A DNA stretch of 11,452 bases from a virus (IMGVR_UViG_3300015187_000032), one strand, 5' to 3'; positions 1 through 7,611 are shown, counted from the stretch's first letter. Translations and numbers: made by a program. Notes: generated by a model from the sequence alone, not told the origin.

Positions 1-1107
1 TCCTGCCGTCAACAGCCAGCAGGCAAAAGTATGCCGCGTATGGTACGGATTATGGCGGCGAATACCAGCACGTTTTACTGCTGCATTCCACCTTGCCCCC
101 AAACTGCTTACCGAGTAATAAGGTTTTTGTTTTCCGTTACACACCCTGGGCATGAAAACAAAATGCAGTTTTTGCTTTTCGGTTCTGCCGTACTCCCGAT
201 GATAAAAGGTGATTTCGCTTTTGCGATGATGCCCGGTCAGTTTGTATTGCTCCTTCAGTGCTTCAAGAGCAGGCTGCAGTAGTGTTACTGTCCGGATCCC
301 GGCATTTGTTTTTGGGGGACCGAACATATCAAGTATCGTCAGGTTTCTTCTGACATTCACTATTCCCTTTTCGAGATCCACATCCTCCCACGCCAGAGCT
401 GCCAGTTCCCCGTGACGAAGTCCTGAGTAAACGGCAAATTTCCACAAGTTCTGGCTCTGTCCTTTTTCACTTTCCATTAATGCATTGAATTCTGTTTTAG
501 ATAACGGATCAGGCTTTATTCTGTTTCGCTGTAATTTTTTTACTCCTTCAAATGGTTTGGTTAATATAAATCCCGACTGATACGCAAAACGCAACAGCGA
601 ACAGAGCAGGGCGATATAGTTATCAACAGTGCGCACGGTTCTTCCTTTTTTGTTGGATCTTGGATTATCCAGGTAAAGCGTTTCTCCATGCAGCAGTTCA
701 TTCCGGTAGTTTAAGATATCGCTATAACGAATATGTGATATCAGGGTACTTTCACAAATTATTATTCTGAGTGTTTTTAATTGTGATTTCGTTTTCTTCA
801 TTGTGTTTGTTGTTAACTCTGTCTCTTTAATTTTTGTCCAGATATCACAAAGCTCCCCGAACGTTTTTATGACTCTCGTTGTCACCATTTTTGCCCCAGT
901 GCTGGACTGGGGAAAACGTCTTAAATACTCAAATTCACCGGAGTTTATTTCATGAACTATCAGTGCTCTTAAATTTCCGGCCTTTTTAATATTACTGTTT
1001 GTAATCTCCCAGCCTTTTAATGTTTCCCGACATCGTTTTCCTCGAAACATGAACCAGATGCGAATGTATCTACCTCTAATCTCGACACCTGTTGGTAATT
1101 TAGACAT
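1..1107 (-). CDS. intR: Prophage tyrosine integrase, 5' part only (N-terminal 369 codons; C-terminus with catalytic Tyr lies beyond position 1)
   Basis: Minus-strand frame is open from the window edge to ATG at rc 1105-1107. N-terminus reads MSKLPTGVEIRGRYIRIWF (hand-translated). The codons nearest the window edge give ...NPYHTRHTFACWLLTAG, the His-X-X-Arg box of tyrosine recombinases. Not in the ORF track because it is edge-truncated. Upstream xis stop overlaps the start (rc 1105-1111 = TGATATG). Confidence 0.85.
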   Translation of the reverse strand, partial: MSKLPTGVEIRGRYIRIWFMFRGKRCRETLKGWEITNSNIKKAGNLRALIVHEINSGEFEYLRRFPQSSTGAKMVTTRVIKTFGELCDIWTKIKETELTTNTMKKTKSQLKTLRIIICESTLISHIRYSDILNYRNELLHGETLYLDNPRSNKKGRTVRTVDNYIALLCSLLRFAYQSGFILTKPFEGVKKLQRNRIKPDPLSKTEFNALMESEKGQSQNLWKFAVYSGLRHGELAALAWEDVDLEKGIVNVRRNLTILDMFGPPKTNAGIRTVTLLQPALEALKEQYKLTGHHRKSEITFYHREYGRTEKQKLHFVFMPRVCNGKQKPYYSVSSLGARWNAAVKRAGIRRHNPYHTRHTFACWLLTAG

Positions 1108-1108
1108 A

Positions 1109-1324
1109 TCATGAGTCTTTGATAAACTGATTTATCTTTGGATAGTTGTACCAGATAATCCCTCGTTTGCTGTCTGGCTTACCTAAAGGAGATACTCGTT
1201 TGAAGTGGAAGCCCTCCACCCAACAGTTCTGGCGGTATGCTTCAATTTGTCTGGCCCCCAGACCAGTGCGAAGCATCAGGCCGTATTCAACCATCCACTC
1301 TTCATTAAAGATTACTTGTGCCAT
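1109..1324 (-). CDS. xisR: Excisionase-like small protein (71 aa) directly upstream of int
   Basis: Track ORF 1109..1348 uses a TTG start. Internal ATG at rc 1322-1324 is preceded by GAGGTG with 5-nt spacing, giving [15 protein letters not shown]... (71 aa). Position immediately upstream of int with 1-nt gap fits an xis-int cassette. Also known as ydaQ. Confidence 0.7.
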   Translation of the reverse strand: MAQVIFNEEWMVEYGLMLRTGLGARQIEAYRQNCWVEGFHFKRVSPLGKPDSKRGIIWYNYPKINQFIKDS

Positions 1325-1423
1325 CGCATCACCTCTGGCAGGCGCCAATGTTAGACTGAAATTGACGCCCGATGTTGATTATTAATAATCAGCTATGAAG
1401 TTTTAATTTGAATACAATGCAAT

Positions 1424-1612
1424 TCACGAGGACTGAAGTTTCTCGCAATTAAAATTAATCAGTTTTACTTTCTGCTCTCTGGAAACGCCTGCTTCTTTTT
1501 TACCTGAGAGCATTTTTTCACATTCTGATTTCGTTAGTTTAGATTTTGAATATCTTGTCCAGTTAGTAGGAGTGCCACCTTCCTTTTCAATAGTGGCGGT
1601 AATTTTATACAT
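1424..1612 (-). CDS. ydaC: Small prophage protein of unknown function (YdaC-like, 62 aa from this start)
   Basis: Track ORF 1424..1684. ATG at rc 1610-1612 is preceded by GGAGGTG at 6-nt spacing (rc of 1613-1630), giving MYKITATIEKEGG.... The longer 86-aa start would overlap lar by about 80 nt and lacks an SD. Start choice is inference. Confidence 0.6.
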   Translation of the reverse strand: MYKITATIEKEGGTPTNWTRYSKSKLTKSECEKMLSGKKEAGVSREQKVKLINFNCEKLQSS

Positions 1613-1799
1613 GAACACCTCCATTATTATTTCCAGTGGTTCGTTTATTCCATCTTTCGAGTGCTTCTTTTTCACTTCCACCATAACCGGTTCGGGATTC
1701 GCATCCGTTACACTTCGCTCGGTAATATGCTGAAATGGCTTTCACCGTTACTGATGGACAACCACAAAATGGACATGGTTTAACATTGTCATATCTCAT
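1605..1799 (-). CDS. ralR: Lar/RalR: restriction-alleviation protein, reported as the DNase toxin of a type I toxin-antitoxin pair; zinc-ribbon-like CxxC...CxxC
   Basis: Track ORF 1605..1811 (MRNVMRYDNVKPCPFCGCPS...AKCNGCES...). Two CxxC pairs (CPFC, CNGC) form a zinc-ribbon-like motif. I chose the second ATG (rc 1797-1799) to give 64 aa, matching my recollection of the K-12 protein; ATG at 1809-1811 is an alternative. Neither has a strong SD. Confidence 0.7.
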   Translation of the reverse strand: MRYDNVKPCPFCGCPSVTVKAISAYYRAKCNGCESRTGYGGSEKEALERWNKRTTGNNNGGVHV

Positions 1800-1854
1800 A
1801 ACATTTCTCATAAAAATATTTCAAGTTCGCGGTGCATTACACCGCCAGGCTGAA

Positions 1855-2664
1855 TTATTCCTCTGAATTATCGATTACACTGTATTCCCCGGTTAATACA
1901 GAGGAATCTGCAGGATCGATTGTCAGTGGTTCCTTTTCATCCATTGATACTGCACGCTGGATCTCAATTGATACGGGCAGATATTTGAACAGGCGACGAA
2001 TAGCCGTTTTCTTTGCCATTTCTTCCCAGTGAGTTACCCACGGCCCGTTATTACTAGCTTTACTCTGGCTGCGCACCAGCTCAATCTGTTTGCGCGTCAT
2101 AACTTCAAACTGAGTACCTCCGTCTTTCAGTCTTGCGACAGCATAGACGTGGGTAACCGGGGCATCTTCGTTTTCTCCTGGGCGGTGTATTAACTTTTCA
2201 TCAAGGCCAAATTCGAAATTAAACTCGTCACCTTCACGGACAACACGGGCTGACAGGCTGGCGATTTGACCTGAACGGCGAGCCAGATCAATCATGCCGC
2301 GATAGCCAATGATTAGCTGAACGTTTTTTTTACCGCTCTTTTCGTTTTTATTACCAAAAGGCAGTAAATATGCATGACCGAGAGCGCTACCGGGCTCAAG
2401 CCCGAGCTGTGAACACTGTACGATTGCACTGACAAAACTCATAGTGTCACAGTTTCCTAACGCCGGAACTTTACGAATTTCTGTGGTGGCGATACGGATC
2501 ATACGTTCAGCCGTCATATGGCGTGGAAGAGCTGCTGCCAGTTGCTCTTTCATTGATGGCTGGTTAATAAAACTAATCACGTCGTTATTTTTAATTGCTG
2601 CTGGTGCACGGTTTCCCTGAGTTTTTTGCAGATCGGCTTTTGCGATTGGTGGTTGCTTAGTCAT
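1855..2664 (-). CDS. recT: RecT single-strand annealing protein (269 aa)
   Basis: Track ORF 1855..2721 with start trimmed to [13 protein letters not shown]... (ATG rc 2662-2664). AAGGA lies upstream at rc 2672-2676. The start overlaps the recE stop (ATGACTAA). Sequence recognised as Rac RecT. Confidence 0.9.
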   Translation of the reverse strand: MTKQPPIAKADLQKTQGNRAPAAIKNNDVISFINQPSMKEQLAAALPRHMTAERMIRIATTEIRKVPALGNCDTMSFVSAIVQCSQLGLEPGSALGHAYLLPFGNKNEKSGKKNVQLIIGYRGMIDLARRSGQIASLSARVVREGDEFNFEFGLDEKLIHRPGENEDAPVTHVYAVARLKDGGTQFEVMTRKQIELVRSQSKASNNGPWVTHWEEMAKKTAIRRLFKYLPVSIEIQRAVSMDEKEPLTIDPADSSVLTGEYSVIDNSEE

Positions 2665-5257
2665 TTGCATATTCCTTAGCCCAGCGGGGCAGTGATAACG
2701 TCTTAATAGCTGGCCATTCATCGGTATTGAGGCAGTCAGCCAGGGTTCGCAGATTGCGGTGATATTCCAGCTGACCTGCCAGTTTTGCTTCTTCGCCCAT
2801 CATGAAAATTTCAACCGGATAACGTCCGCATTCAATAGTTGTGCTGGCAACCAGAAAAACGAAAGTTGGCTGCACTCCAAACTGTGCTTCATAACCGTCA
2901 CTGTAGAATGCATCCTGAACGTGATAGCGGTAGTCGTAATAAGCGGTTTTGAATCGTTGAATATCCGCCGTAGTTTTCACGTCCATGATCCAGTGAAATT
3001 CAGGGATAATTTTGTCCGGACGGCACCGACACAAAATTCCTGTTTCAGGATCTTCCCAGTAAATTGATGATTCAGCGTGTCCGGCGCTTTCAATAAGCCA
3101 TTGCCCCAGCGGCAAAGCCATAACGCTTTGATACATGAGTTCAATTTTCCGGCCTTCTTCCGCAGTGATAACCGTTTTTCCTGTGCTTGCGCATTCCATC
3201 AGAAACGCTTTCTCTTCTTCTTTTCCGGCGTTTGTACGGCGATTAAATTCAGGTGCTACGATAAAGCGGTTACTGAATTCTTCCGGTTCAAGTACCCGGC
3301 AGTGGAAAGCGGTTCCTAAATCGAGCGTTTTTGTCTTTGTGGTGTCCACGGGGGCATTTTTACGCCACAAATACAGTGCCGGAGTATCAGCAATGTCATC
3401 GAGCTGAGACTTACTGACACCGGGACCCGCGTGGTAATTCTCATTCGAAATTCCGTAATAAATACCTGGCTCTATGTCTTCTACGATTACGGGATCTGCG
3501 ACTTCGCCAGTTTCATCACTGCAATCGCGATGCGGATCGCTGCCAGCATTCTCATTGTGCGGATGTTCAGCGCCTTCCATTTCCTCCGGATCATTTTCCT
3601 TAGCTTCAACCTGACTCTCTTCATCGAATGTTTCCTGGTATGTTGCCTCGCCCATCACCGCACCACAGTCAGGGCAGTTATCCCCGCCAGTCTGGCCGCA
3701 GGCATTGCAGGCTATTTCCGGTTCCTGTTGCACTACTGGCTCAGGTTGATTCATATCCGGGCTGGTTTTTTCCGTTTCTGGCTGGTTCTGGTGCACAGAA
3801 TCGCGAGTCTGGATCCCCTTTACCCATTTCGGATCGTTCGGGTCGCTAATTCCGTCAACAAATTCACCACGTGATGCAGCAAGCAATTTATCGGCATCGA
3901 CAGGATTTTTTGATGGAATGTTTTTCCGGGCTTCATGGAGTTCTGCCCGCAGTTTCTGATATTTCGCATCAACAGAATTTACCTGTGACTGAGCATCCAA
4001 CGGCTGCGTGTCCTGATGATGTTCAGTTGCGTCCGGTTCCATTGTTTCAGCCTCTCCCTGTTCAACTGCCGTTGTTCCAGATGGTTGCGGTTTTTCTTCA
4101 TCATCCTGTTTTCCTTCTTCTGTTACTCGCTGCGGCATCGGGGCAGAGGAGCGACCGCAGGCAATATCCACGATTTCCGGATCAGGGTTTGCATGATCGG
4201 TTTCAGTCAGTACTTTGTTCAGATATTCAGTGACGTGCGCGGGGATGACCTCGATCCCAATTGGTGCTTCTTTTACGGACGCAACCACGATGGCGCGGGA
4301 ATAATCCAGCCCGCCAGGCATGGTGATGAATTTGTCGCGGAAAACAGAAAAGGGCGGTTTATTTTCAGCGATAATTTCCTCAATGCGTTTAGCGTGTGCC
4401 GGATGAAGGTTATAGATGTCTAGATCCATTGAACGGGCCAGTACGCCAGTGGCTACGTCGCGCGCCAGTGACGTCAGATCGTGTACGAAACCTTCGCCGC
4501 GATCGGTGAGGTTTCCGCCGCCAGCATTAGCACCGGAAGCCGTGCGAGTGATGTGTGAAACACGATTACCCTTCATCCACTCTTTTGTCAGCAGTCCTCG
4601 ATCGGTGTAGTCAGCGTTCAGGTATGCTTCGAAAAAAGCAGTTATCAGTCCCAGGTTTGAATTACCAGGATTAGGGAAAACTTTGTCAGTGTCACGAACC
4701 AGTTTGTGGAGATCGCGAATTTCCAGCGGGTCGAGCAGGCTGGTTTTGTGGGAAACAGCCAGGGCAGTAACAGCCGGTAGTTCTTCAGCCCGAGCAATGT
4801 GTAATGCCTGGAGTCCGTCGCGTGAAACGTGCGTTACCGGTTTTTCGCTGCCGTGTTGAGCAAGCCAGCGAATGGGCAGTTCCTGGCCAGAAATTGGGAG
4901 TAGCATATTCTCCTCAATCTCAGTCATGTCTTCGCCGTTGACGTTGGTATTGCCTTGATAGTGAGCGTTGTCTGGTGCTGCTCCCGGTTTTAGTTCCCAT
5001 GTCATGGAGTCTTTGCTGAGTTGATAGCGTTCACTCCAGGTAAAATCGATCTCACCTTCAGCGGGCAGGTCATTAACGACAGGAAAATTCGTGGCAACAG
5101 CTTTAAAATAGCTGCTCAGTTTTTTACCTGACTTAACGATCAGGTAGTCCAGAGTGGCACAGGTCGATTCAAAATCGTCGCTTGCCCACAGGACGACGTC
5201 AGGTTCACCGGATGATTTTTTCGCTTTCCGTAACAGGAAGAGTGGTTTTGTGCTCAT
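2657..5257 (-). CDS. recE: RecE exonuclease VIII (866 aa), 5'-3' dsDNA exonuclease partner of RecT
   Basis: Single 866-aa ORF on the minus strand. C-terminal part (...[32 protein letters not shown]...DVKTT...) is the nuclease domain. Middle is acidic and low-complexity, with a Cys4 motif (CNAC-x10-CPDC). Length and sequence fit Rac RecE. Confidence 0.9.
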   Translation of the reverse strand: MSTKPLFLLRKAKKSSGEPDVVLWASDDFESTCATLDYLIVKSGKKLSSYFKAVATNFPVVNDLPAEGEIDFTWSERYQLSKDSMTWELKPGAAPDNAHYQGNTNVNGEDMTEIEENMLLPISGQELPIRWLAQHGSEKPVTHVSRDGLQALHIARAEELPAVTALAVSHKTSLLDPLEIRDLHKLVRDTDKVFPNPGNSNLGLITAFFEAYLNADYTDRGLLTKEWMKGNRVSHITRTASGANAGGGNLTDRGEGFVHDLTSLARDVATGVLARSMDLDIYNLHPAHAKRIEEIIAENKPPFSVFRDKFITMPGGLDYSRAIVVASVKEAPIGIEVIPAHVTEYLNKVLTETDHANPDPEIVDIACGRSSAPMPQRVTEEGKQDDEEKPQPSGTTAVEQGEAETMEPDATEHHQDTQPLDAQSQVNSVDAKYQKLRAELHEARKNIPSKNPVDADKLLAASRGEFVDGISDPNDPKWVKGIQTRDSVHQNQPETEKTSPDMNQPEPVVQQEPEIACNACGQTGGDNCPDCGAVMGEATYQETFDEESQVEAKENDPEEMEGAEHPHNENAGSDPHRDCSDETGEVADPVIVEDIEPGIYYGISNENYHAGPGVSKSQLDDIADTPALYLWRKNAPVDTTKTKTLDLGTAFHCRVLEPEEFSNRFIVAPEFNRRTNAGKEEEKAFLMECASTGKTVITAEEGRKIELMYQSVMALPLGQWLIESAGHAESSIYWEDPETGILCRCRPDKIIPEFHWIMDVKTTADIQRFKTAYYDYRYHVQDAFYSDGYEAQFGVQPTFVFLVASTTIECGRYPVEIFMMGEEAKLAGQLEYHRNLRTLADCLNTDEWPAIKTLSLPRWAKEYAND

Positions 5258-5328
5258 TGTTTTTTAACCTCAACTCAGATTAAAATTCGTTTTGTTCAGT
5301 GAATGATCTTGCCGGATACACACTGTTC

Positions 5329-5353
5329 ATAGCCTGCGCCATACGCAGGCTAT
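5329..5353 (-). other. Perfect 10-bp stem / 5-nt loop hairpin 6 nt downstream of the racC stop, between racC and recE
   Basis: 5329-5338 ATAGCCTGCG pairs with 5344-5353 CGCAGGCTAT; loop is CCATA. On the minus-strand transcript it is not followed by a U-tract, so it is not a canonical intrinsic terminator. Confidence 0.3.
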
Positions 5354-5358
5354 TTCTT

Positions 5359-5634
5359 TCAGATTTCACCTTTTAATTTCATTGCAATTAGAGTTGCCAG
5401 AAATTCGGCTTTTTTTTCTGTGGGCAGATTCTTTCCGGTATGCACCAGGCACATTTTTTTGACACCTTCGTGAAGTGTTTTAACGTTGCCTGATGGACCG
5501 TCGATATCAACCACAGTGAATGGGGTTTCTTTATTTTCTGTTTTAATCACGTAGCCAATACGCTTTCCTTCCAGATTAACTTCGTGAACAATGTCATCAG
5601 TAGTTACAACAGTGGCTTCATAACTGGTAATCAT
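5359..5634 (-). CDS. racC: RacC small prophage protein (91 aa)
   Basis: Track ORF 5359..5682 trimmed to ATG at rc 5632-5634 (MITSYEATVVTTDD...), preceded by AAGGAG at 6-nt spacing (rc of 5635-5650). Confidence 0.75.
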   Translation of the reverse strand: MITSYEATVVTTDDIVHEVNLEGKRIGYVIKTENKETPFTVVDIDGPSGNVKTLHEGVKKMCLVHTGKNLPTEKKAEFLATLIAMKLKGEI

Positions 5635-5708
5635 GTTTTTCTCCTTAATTAAGGTTGAGCGAATCCCTGCCATTGCTGGCATAAATTCAGTTTCGCATAG
5701 TCAGTTAA

Positions 5709-5879
5709 TTAAAGTTCGTGTGCCATCTGGTCTTTTTCGGCACATATTTCACTACAATATTTTTTCATTTCCGTCGTTGGGATAACTCCACGCATGAAAT
5801 GAAGTGGTCTTTTAATGCTTTTGCTTTCTTTAACTTCTTTATCGCAAAGATGGTAAGCACATTTTATTTTCTTAGTCAT
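5709..5879 (-). CDS. ydaE: YdaE small Cys-rich (putative zinc-binding) protein, 56 aa; missing from the ORF track (<60 aa)
   Basis: Hand translation of the minus strand gives [56 protein letters not shown] with stop TAA (rc 5709-5711). Four Cys (C7, C12, C43, C47). The ATG overlaps the kilR stop (rc 5877-5881 = TGATG), suggesting translational coupling. Confidence 0.65.
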   Translation of the reverse strand: MTKKIKCAYHLCDKEVKESKSIKRPLHFMRGVIPTTEMKKYCSEICAEKDQMAHEL

Positions 5880-6100
5880 CACCATGACTCCGCCTTTACA
5901 GGTAAACCATCACGACCGAGGAAGACTTTAATCATGCAGTCAGTAATGCATGTTTTTGTGGTCAGGTTACGAATATAAAGTTTTCGCTTTTTAATATTGT
6001 TTGCCGAGGCAATATATGTCCGGCCGTTATGAAGAATATAATCACCAGGAGTCACACACTGACGAGGTATTTCATCAGTTCCGAAGTGATGAGCAATCAT
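5879..6100 (-). CDS. kilR: KilR: prophage Kil protein, cell-division (FtsZ) inhibitor (73 aa)
   Basis: Track ORF 5879..6118 (GTG start) trimmed to ATG at rc 6098-6100 ([14 protein letters not shown]...), with GGAG 6 nt upstream. Recognised as Rac KilR. Confidence 0.75.
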   Translation of the reverse strand: MIAHHFGTDEIPRQCVTPGDYILHNGRTYIASANNIKKRKLYIRNLTTKTCITDCMIKVFLGRDGLPVKAESW

Positions 6101-6261
6101 AATTATCTCCATTTTCACAAATGAACTTTGTTGATGCGGTGCCTGGTGCCTCCAGGTGACGTTAACCAGTTAACAATTAACGCCGGATAATCCACCCATA
6201 ACACTGATGCTTTTAACTGTTCCGCGTGCGCTTAGCCGCATTCACCGCATCACAAAATTCA

Positions 6262-6312
6262 CTTTAAAAAGGGCGGACATCAGCCGAACTTCAAGAAAAA
6301 AACTGATGCCGC
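6262..6312 (-). terminator. Candidate intrinsic terminator on the minus strand, upstream of kilR in the leftward transcription direction
   Basis: GC-rich stem 6271-6282 (GGCGGACATCAG) pairs with 6302-6312 (CTGATGCCGCC), 11 bp with one bulge and a 19-nt A-rich loop. On the minus strand it is followed directly by CTTTTTAAAG (rc of 6261-6270). Confidence 0.3.
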
Positions 6313-6531
6313 CAGGACTACACACAGCAATGTCGTTATTTACAACCGGAGGCGCACTCCCACCATTTAAATTTAACAGACAAGACCGACTCTTTATGGA
6401 TATCGGAAATGCGCCTTCGTGTTGTGCCCGGTTTTATTTCACCACCTCCGGGCTTCGGTGGTCTCGGCTATACCCCTACAGCGAGAGCTTGTGTTAACAT
6501 TTCAATACCCTTACAGTTGAGAGTTATTGAT

Positions 6532-7020
6532 ATGTTGGATGTATTTACTCCATTGTTGAAACTTTTTGCTAACGAGCCACTCGAAAGACTTATGTATACG
6601 ATTATCATTTTTGGTCTCACTCTCTGGCTGATACCGAAAGAGTTTACTGTCGCATTCAATGCTTATACTGAAATACCTTGGCTCTTTCAGATTATCGTTT
6701 TTGCCTTTTCTTTCGTGGTCGCCATTTCCTTCTCAAGATTGCGAGCACATATTCAAAAGCATTATTCATTACTACCAGAGCAACGAGTATTGCTTCGTTT
6801 ATCTGAGAAAGAAATCGCTGTATTTAAAGATTTCCTTAAAACAGGAAATCTTATTATCACTTCTCCTTGTCGTAACCCGGTTATGAAAAAATTAGAACGG
6901 AAGGGCATCATTCAACATCAGAGTGATAGCGCAAACTGTTCTTATTATCTCGTCACCGAAAAATACTCCCATTTTATGAAGTTATTCTGGAACAGCAGGA
7001 GTAGACGTTTTAATCGTTAG
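6532..7020 (+). CDS. sieB: SieB superinfection-exclusion protein (162 aa), membrane protein
   Basis: Track ORF 6409..7020 trimmed to ATG 6532 (MLDVFTPLLKLFANEPLERLMYTIIIFGLTLWLIPKEF...). Two hydrophobic segments are predicted. Encoded opposite to the surrounding leftward operon. The stop overlaps the ydaF stop on the other strand. Confidence 0.8.
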   Translation: MLDVFTPLLKLFANEPLERLMYTIIIFGLTLWLIPKEFTVAFNAYTEIPWLFQIIVFAFSFVVAISFSRLRAHIQKHYSLLPEQRVLLRLSEKEIAVFKDFLKTGNLIITSPCRNPVMKKLERKGIIQHQSDSANCSYYLVTEKYSHFMKLFWNSRSRRFNR

Positions 7021-7172
7021 CTTACTGTGTGCTTCTCCAACCATCGGCGCGCACCAGTTTCTGTTTTAAATGTTTTGCTTTTGGTATACGTCATAGCAGT
7101 GAACGTTCCATCTTGGTTGGGGAACACGCCGCACACAATGGATTCGTTATTGCCGAGGTCGATTTTTTGCAT
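7017..7172 (-). CDS. ydaF: YdaF small prophage protein (51 aa); missing from the ORF track
   Basis: Hand translation gives MQKIDLGNNESIVCGVFPNQDGTFTAMTYTKSKTFKTETGARRWLEKHTVS. ATG at rc 7170-7172 is preceded by GAGGTG, which contains the ydaG stop codon. Stop TAA at rc 7017-7019. Confidence 0.55.
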   Translation of the reverse strand: MQKIDLGNNESIVCGVFPNQDGTFTAMTYTKSKTFKTETGARRWLEKHTVS

Positions 7173-7182
7173 TTTTCGCACC

Positions 7183-7317
7183 TCACATCTTGTTGTTGCG
7201 GATAGAGGCTTCTGCCTGCCAGAGATCCCAGTCGTTGCTGCGTAAAGCCTGCACAGCCTGGTTGTAAGTGATGCCGCAACAATCCATCAAATACTGAACT
7301 ACTTCGTAATGCACCAT
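7183..7317 (-). CDS. ydaG: YdaG small prophage protein (44 aa); missing from the ORF track
   Basis: Hand translation gives MVHYEVVQYLMDCCGITYNQAVQALRSNDWDLWQAEASIRNNKM. ATG at rc 7315-7317 is preceded by GGGGAGA at about 6-nt spacing. First gene downstream of the leftward early promoter. Confidence 0.6.
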   Translation of the reverse strand: MVHYEVVQYLMDCCGITYNQAVQALRSNDWDLWQAEASIRNNKM

Positions 7318-7486
7318 CTTATCTCTCCCCTTAACGCCGGGTGGCGGAACTAACTGCTGCACTGCAAAATTTGAATCCCGCCGTCATGTTCATACGCCTC
7401 GGGCTGGCTACTTAACCCCTGACCACTGCCTGGTAACTCGAAGTATTGCCCGGCGTTCTGTGGGGCGGGGTGGGTGGTATGCTGGA

Positions 7487-7515
7487 ACTATAGGTAATGC
7501 CTAATTGATTGTCAA
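7487..7515 (-). promoter_or_regulatory. pL-like leftward early promoter: TTGACA -17 bp- TATAGT on the minus strand
   Basis: rc of 7510-7515 is TTGACA; rc of 7487-7492 is TATAGT; the spacer is exactly 17 bp. Oriented toward ydaG-ydaF-kilR-recET. Flanked and overlapped by the operator palindromes. Confidence 0.45.
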
Positions 7516-7528
7516 TAGGCTATGCCTA
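7491..7528. promoter_or_regulatory. Left operator cluster (OL-like): two 13-bp TAGGC-N3-GCCTA palindromes 25 bp apart
   Basis: 7491-7503 TAGGTAATGCCTA (imperfect) and 7516-7528 TAGGCTATGCCTA (perfect). The second abuts the -35; the first overlaps the -10. The same 13-mer family recurs three times on the other side of racR. Confidence 0.5.
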
Positions 7529-7589
7529 ATATTTTGAGCGTAACCTAATAGGTGATGGCGACAGCAGAAAGTGATGGGGGGGTTAAATA

Positions 7590-7611
7590 ACGGAATCCAG
7601 GAGTTTTCCGT
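7590..7611 (-). terminator. Weak candidate terminator hairpin downstream of racR
   Basis: ACGGAA (7590-7595) pairs with TTCCGT (7606-7611), loop 10 nt. On the minus strand it is followed by UUAUUUAA then a C7 run. Sits about 15 nt past the racR stop (TAA, rc 7626-7628). Confidence 0.2.

Noticed and set aside
31-282. Plus-strand 83-aa ORF
   Set aside because: Lies entirely antisense to the integrase reading frame, which is open across this interval and carries recombinase motifs. No SD; implausible composition.
1146-1385. Plus-strand 79-aa ORF
   Set aside because: Antisense shadow of the xis gene; no ribosome-binding site.
1829-1845. Hairpin GCGGTG-CATTA-CACCGC between recT and lar
   Set aside because: Only a 6-bp stem, and the U-run on the minus strand is about 12 nt away. 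Too weak to call a terminator; lar is probably co-transcribed with recT.
1832-2032. Plus-strand 66-aa ORF
   Set aside because: Antisense to the recT 3' end; the recT frame is well supported.
2759-4610. Seven plus-strand ORFs of 64-147 aa inside recE (2759..3067, 3077..3319, 3135..3407, 3431..3874, 3628..3849, 3871..4233, 4016..4423, 4416..4610)
   Set aside because: All are antisense to the continuous 866-aa recE frame. Their translations are low-complexity (F/L/R/S-rich), typical of shadow ORFs.
5718-5978. Plus-strand 86-aa ORF
   Set aside because: Antisense to ydaE and the kilR 3' end, both of which have SDs and coupled start/stop codons.
6207-6497. Plus-strand 96-aa ORF in the kilR-sieB intergenic region
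   Set aside because: No SD and an R/S/L-rich, implausible product. The interval is more likely regulatory; kept as a finding for transcript mapping rather than called as a gene.
6409-6531. N-terminal extension of the sieB ORF (203-aa version)
   Set aside because: The extension is Pro/Gly/Arg-rich junk. The ATG at 6532 gives a 162-aa membrane protein matching SieB.
6468-6886. ORFs 6468..6659 (minus) and 6659..6886 (plus)
   Set aside because: Both overlap sieB in the wrong frame or strand.
7027-7282. ORFs 7027..7245 (plus) and 7091..7282 (minus, 63 aa)
   Set aside because: Hand translation shows the real genes here are the minus-strand small ORFs ydaF (7017-7172) and ydaG (7183-7317), in different frames and with good SDs.
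7318-7480. nut-like antitermination site or leader peptide in the 5' UTR of the leftward operon
   Set aside because: I could not find a convincing boxA/boxB arrangement. The only ORF is a 20-codon ATG-initiated frame without an SD, and no N-like antiterminator gene is present in the window.
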